Part shown: positions 26,301 through 38,000 of the stretch, in pieces
Position numbering within the stretch: the first letter of the stretch is position 1
How the letters are laid out: every line of letters starts with the position of its first letter
Source of the DNA: Balanoglossus misakiensis
Lineage: Eukaryota; Animalia; Hemichordata
Length of the DNA stretch: 64,000 bases
Assembly (NCBI GenBank): GCA_040954595.2
Contig: CM082579.2
Coordinates: forward strand, 4,391,227-4,455,226
Direction of reading: 5' to 3'
Program-made: the position numbers and the translations under genes
Notes under the pieces: generated by a model
The model's input: the letters and a program-made list of their open reading frames with translations, nothing else
Told to the model about the DNA's origin: nothing
Database searches by the model: none

Positions 26301-29300
26301 CAACATGAACTGTATATCTTAAGGCAATCAATAATTTCCCAGCTTAAATGTCGGCGAATTAGCACAAAGACAGGTAACAGTATATTTTCTGATGATGCTT
26401 GTATTATGAAAATTTTATCAAACCTACACCAGACTTGTTAATACAGCGTATTAGTAAATAATCGGAAATGAAAAAAAAATCAAGCATAAATAATTTAAGG
26501 TGGCACTGCATGTTACATGTACCTGTGTGGATGTTGTAAAAGTTAACATCTAATTGGAAACAGGACCTTAAATTGCAAAAAAAACTATGCTTTTGTTTGC
26601 ATTATCTACTCTATCTTCATCTTTTCCCCACAAAGCATTTCCACCTTCCTGTTTGCCTCATTGACAGATGTACACGTATTCCACTGGACCTTCTCGACCA
26701 GAACGAATGCCGCAAAACTGGTTTGCCATGGTTTGCATATGCGCTAGTTGGCCGCATATGTAATTCCCGCGTTCACCCACACAAACGCGATGTAAATGCC
26801 ATCAAATTTGTCCCTCAAAGACACCGATCAATTTGTTTCTAATTTGCACTACTTGGCGATTTGCCGATTAATGCAAAACAGGCTGCAATTCTCCGATTGG
26901 AACATGAAAGTGACAGGATGAAACAGAAAACATACGTGTGTTCTCCGTCGCGTTGGAGGAAAAAAACGAGCTTGGCTTTCAACACGTTATAGTCTTTTAC
27001 ACTCTCTACGTTCTCTTGCTCCAAAGATGTCCCGATAACAAGATGCTATAAATGAAGGAAGCTTGTTTCTGTATGTCTCGAGGAAAGGGATAGAAATATG
27101 AGACGAGTATTTGTATGGATTCTGGAAATTAATTTACACTGACAGTGTTATTAACAGTGAAGGAACTGACGTCTTGCCTTCTCTTCTTCCCGTATGTATT
27201 GACTTGGGTCGGGACAATACAAAATCCATATAAGTGAAATACCGTAATTCGTATCACAGACGGCCATGAAAATTGCAAAGTCTCTCTTCGCTATTCACTC
27301 ACTAAAGTTCTTTTTAAAAACCCACTGAGACATGCAGTGAGAAGAAAGATGAGATTCATATTTTCATTTCGGGATGAAAGCAATGTGTCAAATATGCCTC
27401 GGGAATGAGGAATTTGACCCCCCCCCCCCCCCTCCCTTTTTTCAGGGATTATCCTTTTTGCAGCCTGAGCTTGTGGAACCGACACCTATTGAAGCAACAC
27501 AGCACCATTGAAACCCTGATTTTGTTCAAACAGAGCAATATAAAACCATGACAGAAGACGGGAAAAAAAACATCTAAGCTGGGGCAATGGGCAACTTTTA
27601 ATCTGGCACATCTGTTAGCTGATGCTCTGTCAGGGGCTGATCTTTTAGGTATGTGCATTAAAGCTGCATTGTCAACAGTTGACCGTTCGTCAAAAACCAA
27701 AAACGTCACCAGAAAAAAATATCCTGCTTTCATTGTCAGACATGGCAATGGAGAAATCAATTACTGCTCTAATCCACATCATAATCTCCAAGATTGTGAC
27801 TTCTCTTTCTGCCCTAGGCCTGGGAACTGAACCTAATGATAATTCAGTTATAGCCAATTTTCTTTTGTGTGTGTGTGCAAGATGTCTTTTAGAAAGAAAT
27901 GATTTGAACTCCGGTCCTCATAATTCTGCTGGGTACAATATTTTACCGCAATGATTTTCGTCTTATCCGTGATGATTTGTGGCAGATTTCCCATTCAAAG
28001 ATGGCATCTCAGATGCTTGACAAACAATTTCGCCAAGATACGTACATAGCTGAATCTTACGGCACACGCAGTCGGAACTTTGTCAAATATTCTCAACAAG
28101 CCATTCTCAGCATGATTTTTCTTTACAGAAAGTGAATTTTTCATCCTTTCACAATCTCACTGCCAGACATGTCCTTCCTCGCTCTTCCTCCACCGGGATC
28201 CAACTTAAAGAAAAAGCAGACTTTCTTCCCGGAAAACCACCAACTGATGTCGAGACGGTGGAAGTACAATGCTCCCGCATGGAGTCTGCCGTGGGCGAAA
28301 AAGCGTTTGATTATTTCTGTTAAAAAAGGAGACTCTCATGCCCACTGGAAACCGCTTTCCGACAAATCAAACTACTTACGATCAGAGTCTCTGCTGACCC
28401 TTTCTACATTCAGAAACCTACGCTCCATGAATTATTTCACCACAGTTTCATCGGTTTCATATCAAATTTTGATCAAACCATTACAAAATCACTTTATCTG
28501 CAATGTTTTCCTTCATTTACTCGGAAATGTAAATTGGTCCCATTTTTATTTTCCGTCATGTATGCTTTAATGAAAGCAAGACTGGAATTTACGGTGTCAA
28601 ATTTTAATTCTCCGAAGAGTAACACCTACATGTACATATCGCTGGGTGGGTGGGGTTTATGAGAAAAACATGATGAAGCTGGCAGCTAAGACTTGTACAT
28701 TATTTCGATACAGCAAAAACAATCACTTATGCAGTACAACAAGAATATTAACTTAGAACTATACACTATATCACATGGCATAGCTACATGTACCACACCA
28801 TAGCGCAAGCCTTGGGTAGCACTAGCAGTTGGAGGGGCCGAGAGCAATTAAGCCACAGGGTACACCCACAATGCACTGCTCTCAAAGACAGTTTTCAGCA
28901 GACAGCTGGGGTATCAGTAGCATCTGAGTGTAGATATCATAAGAGTGCCCTGTCAAATCTATCTTGACAATCTGAGATTACCAATGATGTGCATGTACCT
29001 AGACTCAATAAGACTAAATTCCAATTTACAGAGAACTCAAACCCAAGACATTTAGTCAGCGATACTGTTCTGTTAGGACCACTATAATTTCCTGTTCAAC
29101 TACAGACATCAAGAGGCTTAACAACAATACAATTGGACATATATGACTGAACTTGTACATCTAATCATACAATGTAAACCGCACAGGCCGTCTTAACGAG
29201 CATGGATCTGTGGCATCCAATTTCTTTCAAATGACACCTGCGCAGTGTACAGTACATGTACGGTATATACACTGTATCCCTGAAAATGACTCTAGCTGAC

Positions 29301-31889
29301 AAATCATTCATAACCTCCCCGTCGCCTAAAAATCAGGCTAAGTACATGCATACATGTACATGTACCGGTACACCCAGCCTGTTCTCTGTGATCATTAGCT
29401 GCTGTGAACCAGTCCTGGCTGCCAAGCACTTCATGCAGCCTCTCAGTAAAAACTACCCGCAAACTCTCCCACCTGCCGCTTGCAAACACAAGCGTTATTG
29501 TGATAGCATGATTCCTTATTCATGACTCTGATCTAGTTTTACCGTCGGCAAATTCGAGTCCAGGTAGAAAGGGTCAAACAGAGGGTAACGCACCATTTGT
29601 ATCACAAGTAGTTAAAAAGCCATACAGTATACACACCATGTACCGGTACAACAAATAAACTGAAAAGTGAGATCAATTCATGTTTAACCTCGACGAATGC
29701 GATATTATGCAATCATAGAGAAATATTTGTCACGTTTCAGCGAGCCCCCAAAAACAATTTCCTGAGTGTGTCGGGCTCAGTGTAGCTGCACTTAAATTCA
29801 ATTGTGTGGACTACATGTATCACGCATTAATAACTCAATCATTGCAGACGGCCAGGTAAACAGAGTTCCATTATTCTAATTCAAATATCCGGCAGCCGTG
29901 CTGATTCTCAGCATTTCTATACAGCGATGGCTTCCGTCGCAATTCCGCCGAGCCGAGGCTCGCACAGTGCACTCCGAATTCCAGCGCGGACGCTTATTAA
30001 CAGATAAACGCAAGGCAATATGTATCGTCAAATATGTGCTCAAGCAATTTAATCTGTACACTTAGTGCCAGTTTCGGCGTTAAAAGGGGCGGCCAGATTA
30101 TCCTGTGAGCCGATTCAATTCGCGGGACCTTCGGTGTGACCCGGTGAAATGTGAGACGCCTATTCCTTTACAATGTACATTTTTAAAATCAGAGGTGGAA
30201 AACTATGCGTAGTCACCACTCGCCTAATTGCATATCTTTACTCAAGATTATATTTCCTTTGCAACAGTTTTATGATTTTTAATCAATCATGTAATTATGA
30301 CTAAGACTAAGACTAAGAGTCTTTTAACCCTCCCCTCCCCCCTTCCAAGTGCAAAAGTCCGGTATCACCACTGAAAACAGCAATGGCCAATCCAAAATAT
30401 GGTGGTGAAGGGGATATTCCTTTTCACCCACCTATGAATCTACCTTGGGGTTTATTTCAATCCAATACTTTTCACTTGTATTCAAGTGTCTTCAGTGTCT
30501 AAGAAATTCCACCGCGTTACAATTTAAACAGTTCCAGCAGTAGTGCATAAATACAAAGTGATCTGTTACCATGGCAATAATAAAGATGAATAAATGCATG
30601 TCATATTTTAGTAGAACAGACGTAATTTTGTGTTTTATTACAATTTTGCAAAGGACAGGTGCGGTTTTTCATTGAACCCTACTCAAATTACATGTAAAGT
30701 GCCATCTCACATACGTGATGTACATGTATGATACAAAATGAAAATGCTACAAAAGAAGGAATGGGAACAATACCAGCAATACCTGGAGACCTCTTCCAAA
30801 GGTGTTTTTTTACAGTTTTTGAAAAAAATGGGAAATAAATTATGTACGACTTGCACCACTCTTGAAATTTTCCCTTTGGCAATGTGGCAAAAGAATGATG
30901 TGACCTGCCTACAAAAATTTAAAGTGCTCATGTTGTAATCTAACAAACTAGGATTAGTTTGCACCTTGATACCCCCAATGCCTATGACAAAAAAAGTTTG
31001 ATTTTTTTTTCTGCGATGAAACAGTTAATCATATCGAAAGTCTGAGATGTGTTGAGTTGTTTTATGAGTTGTGTGTGTGTGTGTACATTTCTTGTGTAGC
31101 CTTCACACAATCAATGCATGTCAATTTCATCGACTTTAGTAGCAACCCTCTACTCCCCTCCCCAGCAAATATTCAATGGCCACTCCCTAACTGAATTTAC
31201 CTGAAGATGCTGCTGACATCATTGGCCTTTCTGTAAAGCCTCCTTACACAAATGTACAAGATGGTGGCAAATAAAGTGGATTCCCCTTTTCTCCAAATGA
31301 AGACGGCTGTCCAGATAATGAAATCAGTTTAGCGCCGTAATAGTTTTCGACCGATTTCGACTGATTATCGGCGGTAACCCAATCAAAGTGGGGTGGACTT
31401 AAGGCAGGTGTGAAGGTCACCTGAGGTTAACCACATACAGTTTTTGTGCTCTTCCACGAATTAATCTACATCAATCAGTGTGGATTTGGTTTAACTGATT
31501 CCTATCAATCCTCCAAGTTGTGCACGTCTTATCTTACCAAGGTTATTATGGCTACATGTATATCATGGAGGTTACATGTATACATTTTTGTATGCTGTAC
31601 AGAAAACCAGCCAAACTCCAAATCAGGCACGTCCTTGCCCGTCAAATTCAATCGTAAGCATTTTCAAGCAGCCTTTTGCTGGGGTCACGCTGTACGTCTG
31701 AGTTGCAGGGGAAAAAAACTACTTTGTCCACTCAAACATGTTCGAGAGACTCTTGAACCCTGCAGACGCAGAACGGAACAACACCAACATCCGCACGCAA
31801 ATGGAAAACCCATGCACCCTCCGCGCGATTGCGCAGGGGCAATCCACTCTGCCGGAGATGGCAGCCTAGCAAGCGCACAGGGGACTTAC

Positions 31890-32041
31890 ATTGTCTGTCA
31901 GCGTTACATCCAACATCTGTGCCCACAGCTCTCCCCTCTGGTTGATCGGACAGCCCTTCTTGGAAAACTGCTGCGCCACCGGGCTGTGGCACTGTTGCAG
32001 GACTTTCTTCCCCAGTTTGACGCGCTCGTTCTCGGTAGGAT
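31890..32041 (-). CDS. TBC1D19: TBC1D19 coding exon 8, start of the TBC (Rab-GAP-like) domain (PTENERVKLGKKVLQQ...GCPINQRGELWAQMLDVTLTDN)
   Basis: 152 nt, ttgttcacag| acceptor, |gtaagt donor, phase 1 to 0. Contains the G-x-P-x3-R-x3-W motif that opens TBC domains. Confidence 0.94.
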
Positions 32042-35000
32042 CTGTGAACAACAAAGTGAGCACAGCAGAATATCAACCAAAATGAACCAAAAACTTCGCA
32101 AGTGAAGATTTGTGTATGTGTATCATCGCATATATAGGGCAAGTCTTTGTGAAGACGTTTATGGGTGGAAAAATCCATAAAGATGTTAGTACAGAATGCA
32201 CTTTTCACACATTTAATGATTTACCTGGAATGATGTCACAGGAGTCATCCACTCCTGTCTGACTCTCTACCACTGACAGCTCCCAATACTGCTCTCTCTG
32301 CAAGGAAAAGAAGAACAGACTTTATCACTAAATGCAATCATTATCTCAAAAGTTTGAAAGTAAACTCACGAAGATAATGCAAAAATTGGCACTTAATGGG
32401 ATATTGATTAAAACAATGTGGCTTGCTGGATTGGCTTTGCCCATAGAGCTTGTGTTGTGGTATGCATACTTTCAAAGGTATGTATCGTAACATCAAAGCT
32501 TGCCCTCTGGGGAGAAAATAAATGTCACCCATGTGGACATTTCTATCGGCAGTGGTCTTCCAATAAAACAGATCATCAGTGGAGTCTAACAGAAGTACTG
32601 GTGTACCGATTAACTTCTTCATAAACCAAGCAAAGTCGTGTTTGTTTGGACGACAGATTCAAACACACATGTATACGTGCGCATGCACACGTAGTTCTGT
32701 CAAAACAAAATTTAGACTAAACAGATATTTTAATGCGACCAACTGTCATATTCCCCCCAATTTCCAATTAACTTCCAAGTTTGGTGCAACAACGTACTTG
32801 GCAGAATAGAGTTGATGGAGGATACTGACCAGCATTTTGATGTCTTTGACTTTGAACGGCAGCTGGATTAGCCCCCAGTTATGTCGGATAGTGTTGTTCT
32901 CTTGGGAATTGTTGCAGTTGGGATTCTTTATGGTCACCAATACATCCAGGAAATCTTTCGGTGCGTAGACGGGTCGGAACGCACTCAGATCTGTAAGTGC
33001 GAACAATGTAGAAAATTAAACCACGTTTATACCCTGTGTTTGGATTGAGTGCTCTAGGTATGATTTTCTGGCTTTTCACACCCATTGATAACAAAATGCG
33101 TGTATATGAAAATTCAGGGGGGAGCAATATAAACAGGTAAATTGCTGGTACACAAAAAATCTGTTTTGTATGGCCATTTTGATGTTAAAGACCCCACGAT
33201 AGAAAATCTGCTGTTGCTTTTATTTCAACGAACATACCCGGTTCATCAGTGCCAAGCTCATTCCATTTCATCTTGAGTTCTTTCTGTTCCTGTATTGGTC
33301 TCTAAGCAAAAAAAAAGAGAGAGGTAGAGAGAGAGAGTAAGAGCAAAGTTCACAGTGATTCTACTGAGACACAGGTGGTCTTCGTTCTAATGTGACCGCC
33401 AATATCAATCGCATTAGCAAAGTTCTATATAATTAGAACGGAATGGATACAACACGGGGACAAAAATAGTGGAAATGAATGTTTTGCAGGGGCAAAGAAA
33501 AACCTGGATGATTAAATAAATAGATGATGGTTCGAGTTTACTCTTTATTCTTTGAGGTAATTCTTTTGCCTCCAGTAGAATCGGATGATTGTGGAATACT
33601 GATGGCAACTCCTTTGTCCTAAGAGAGAGAGAGAGTGAGTGGGGGGAGTTACAGGCAACTCCTACGTACTGACATGAATTTTAAACTGCCTTTTAATGTT
33701 GAAGTGAAGAATGACACTCTGCGTACTATGTACACTTTAGTCATCTTCAACTTCTTCAAATTTATTGAAATGCGCAGAATTTTTTTTCTGCAGCCAACAG
33801 ACTTTTCTTAAATGCCTCTGTGGCTATTTGCTCCAATTAAAACTTCTCAAATAATACTTTGGTCTCAATATTAACTGTTGGATTCTCATTGAATAGGTTT
33901 CAATTGCAGCTAGCTTGCATGTTCTCCATAGCAACAGGTCTTACTGAAAAGCAAAGAGCCCCATAATACATTTCTCACATTCTCATACAATAACCCACAC
34001 AAAAGAAGCCTATAAATTTAAGAACAGGTGCACATTTTTGCCACTTTATTTTTCGGACTAGGAATACTTCCACAGTTTTAAAGGCGGTAAGCATGTCACA
34101 TCATAAGGAGCCAGGCTTGGCGTGAACAGTTACATTTCTAACATTCACAGACAACTGCAGTGAAGATTCAAAAGTCCGTATCACATTCACTTTGAGTCAC
34201 AACACTTGTGAGTTAGGTGCGACCCGGTCTGACCCAACAAGTATGTTCTCACACTTTCTTTAATGATGTTTTGCCCACTGACACGGTGCTTCGCAATTTA
34301 ATACTGGGTGGAACAGAAAATACCACTCAGGAGAAAAAAATGCAAGGCTGGTGTCGTCTTCAGGAGTCACCTACATATGTAGGGATGACCTCTCTCTGCT
34401 TTTTTTCTTTGCTTTTTTGTAAAATGTAATGATATTTTTTTTTTTGGGGGGGGGGGATCCACTGGTTTCTAAGTTACAAGTATATATGTACGTTTGTTGA
34501 AGATAATAAGATTTCCTGTAATGTACATGTATTGATCCGGGAACCTGCCTGGAAAAAAACTTACTTGACAATCCCATATGTCAGTATGAATTCCAAACTG
34601 GACTTCACCTGCATACCCAGTGCCTTCAGACAGAGCCAATATGGAATACCAATGACGCATGACGGCTCTCAATGGCACTTAGTTTTAAAACTTAATGTCA
34701 GACAGACGACCGAGAGAAACTCGTGCAAATTTTCAATTTGACTGACAGATCCAAAACGTTTCTTCAGCTAGAGGTCACAGTGCCCTACTATTAAAATTAT
34801 TAGAACTTGCAGTTTTTAGTGGATGTCAAAAAATATGACCTTTTCAGTCATCTCACTTGAAACACTTGTCATTTTTTCCAGGAAAATCTATCAAAAATTC
34901 AAAGCAACAATTTTATGTAAAATATTAGTTCTTATCAGTTGACGGCAAGAATTAAATCAATATAAATACCTATAAAAAACCCAGTTATATGCATTCTTTT

Positions 35001-38000
35001 AGAAATTAGCAATTAGATGCTGTTCAGGGATTCCATTGGCAATAATCAAACTGGCTGTAAAAGTGAAATATTCAAAAAGTACACAACCCGTAACCCATTT
35101 TAAATTGCAGTTTCTGAGAAAAACATTGATAGGCAATAAATCATACGGCACTGATCTTTAAGTTGGACAGAATTCGTCAAGGGATGGAAAGCCTTTGTTG
35201 ACGCTCTCTGAAATGTTTTTCAAAAGTGTTTATTCTTGCCTCTACCCATGCCTTTCCCCTGTCTCAAATCAAATTACTTAATTACAATGTAAACAGTGCA
35301 CACTCATTAGGCTAATCAGCTTCCTGTTGCAGTCATTAAGAGTTATCTTTCGGTAATCAAATTTGCGGTAATGGCCCCTTCCCGTTAGAGATCTTCCTGA
35401 TTTTTTTTTTTCAACCGAAGTGCCCGGCAGACATTGCAACTCCAAATACATTTAAAGTGATCTTCTGTTGATGTTTGTACAGCTCTATTGCACTGTTACG
35501 TTTGTTGCTGGGCAGATTCCCGTTTTTTTATGGCATTGCAATGACGTACATCCTGAACACACATCATGCCAAGATTGCTTTTTTCCTTTCTGCTTGATTT
35601 GCCAAACATGATCAAAATTCCAAATGCTCTCTACGTCTTTAACATGCATATGCATGTAGTCTGTGATGTTCTATCACTGAGTTTGTTGATGGTATGGAGA
35701 AGTCTTCATTGCTACTTGTTTTTTCTTTTAATGCATGTTGTTATCGTTTCAAGACAACTAAAATTGTTTTACACAAACACACACATATTTATACACACGC
35801 ACTCACACATTTCACTGTAATACAGGGACACTAGTGTCTGATGGATGAAAGGATATACATTCAAGTATTATAAAAGTCAAACTTATAAGGGCAGGCAATT
35901 AATATCAATAAAGAAGGCTCAGCCAGTCGCATACTTTTTTCCCTGTCATAACATATTATCACTTAATTCCTATCACCACGTTCATTAGATCCTGCATGAG
36001 GGAGTTTAAATGCATCAATATTAACACAGCCATAAATACAAATCTATTTTTTCTGCCTGTTTAAAGCCCCAGCCAGCGAGATGAAATAAAACACTGTCAC
36101 TTTCAAGCCTGAGGGAGGGGGAGGGTTTGTTTTTAACGACAGTTGTATATCAAAGGTGGCGCGTCGATGTTTACAATTGACAGGAACTGAACATTCTCCA
36201 TTCGCAATTTACATGTGTTTGTAAATTGATTATCAAAAGTGGGACCTGTTCGTTCGCCCATAAAAAAGAAAACTTTCCGCTGAAGTCCCCCGATTGATTG
36301 ATCCGGCAAATACCCACCTTTCTAGCCAGAGGCACGCTCAGCTCAGTACACATGCTGTTCAAACTTTTCAATATTCTCTTTTCCCAGTTGGACTGCAAAG
36401 CAAAGAAGAAGAAAATACAGTGGGCATGAGATGAACGCGTATTTATTAATTTGCGGAGCGGTGCGCCGTCAGCTCTGCATAGTCCCACAGGAGATCTGTT
36501 TCAATGTTCTTGGCATCACTCTTGTTAGCTGAGCCTGATTCTTCCCACTTTTCCACGCTCATAATCCGCTTCTTCGCATACTTTGCGAAATGTCAAAGAC
36601 GATTTGTGAAAAGAGTTCGGCCGTCTCCCCTGCTGGGGTCTACTGTTGATCTGCTCGACTGATATCAAGAGGTTCTTCTCTTGTTCCTTTGTCAGGCCCA
36701 TTTGTTTGTTTTATCTAATTTGGGAAATTTCACGCACCATCGGTGGGTGTTTCATTGCCATTGGAAACCTTTTTTTTTCAGGCTTCACCAGGCTTGAAAG
36801 ACTCTGAGTCAATAACCAGCTTTTCCAGCACCCAGTCAGTTTTTCTCCAGAACTTATGGAACAGGTTTTGTGGGCAAGCCAGTTACAAACGTTGCTACGA
36901 CTCTGATCGTGACATTGCTTATATGCACTGAACATATTACTCTGCCATCATTAGCCAGTACATTAATTCTAATATGTTTTATCCAATTTTAGGAGCAAAT
37001 TTGTCATTTCAGTACAACATGTGGATGAGGTGTGTTACATGTATAAAACACACGATACTGACTGGCAGTGTTCAGGTAACAGTTACAACGTCCGCGTCCC
37101 ACCAGACCCATTAGTCAGCCAGACTCAGAAAACTGTCTGTTGCCTTGGGCTGTGGGTAGACGCAGACCGCTTTGGGGGCCGTGTCTCACAGTCCCATGGA
37201 GTCACAAACTGTTGGATGTCCTCAGAGTCAGACAATGTGCATGGAACAGATCACCCAGTGCGTGCATTTGACAAAGACAGTGAGAAATCAATTGCCATTA
37301 AAGGAAAAAAATAGACAAAAGTTACAGAAATGAGGCTTCAATAATTGCCGATTAACAGGCAAGAATATCTGTAGCAAGTTGTTAATCATTCTTCAGTGAG
37401 TTAAATTATAATATCACAGGGCAAAAAAAAGAGAGAAAAACACTTTTGAGATAACACTACAATATACCTGAGCTTTCCTGATGTATGCCAGCGGCTCTTT
37501 GCTGTGTTCGGCTGGAGCCAGCGGGTGGGTTATCCGGGGGTACAGAGCCATGTGTTTGTATACAGCGTTCCGCAGCTTTCTTTCCCAGCCTACAAAGGAC
37601 AGAACAACATTAGAGAGGTCACAGTTAGTTCTGAAACCGCAGCACTGATGCTAGTACAGCCACATTTCGTAGCCATAATCCCTTGCATTATATTCTTATT
37701 TACTAAATAATGCGACACAGAAGCAAAACACACGCACGGAATGTTTGTTTTCAGAGTCATATCACGGCTACCATGGTGTCGTGATCGCATGACAAATGCA
37801 AATAATCTTCACGCTTGTTGATACCCTTCTGTATGTGCTGTGCAAAGCCTCATACTAGGTTGGATTTTTTGGAATATCAGTGTTGGCCATTCACCCACAT
37901 GTATCGTACAGCAGATAGAGCTCACAAGTTGTCAGACAAAACAAAATCCTGTGTACTCATAAAAAAGTAAAGCCTAGTGTCGGACGATAAATCTTGTTAG

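Noticed and set aside
26495-26571. TTAAGGT...ACCTTAA possible MITE
   Set aside because: The inverted match extends only 3 bp beyond the TTAA.
30328-30450. C-rich run with ...TCACCACTG and similar fragments at about 31150-31190, 34446-34466 and 60140-60184 that look like ends of small DNA transposons
   Set aside because: I could not define paired TIRs or TSDs by eye. A repeat library would be needed.
31446-32105. 219-aa plus-strand ORF, the longest in the track
   Set aside because: It is an antisense shadow overlapping TBC1D19 exon 8, has a non-ATG start and resembles no family I recognise.
36525-36701. 58-aa minus-strand intronic ORF MGLTKEQEKNLLISVEQ...
   Set aside because: It looks superficially like a Myb/SANT start but lacks the conserved tryptophans. 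The flanking TBC1D19 exons join collinearly without it.
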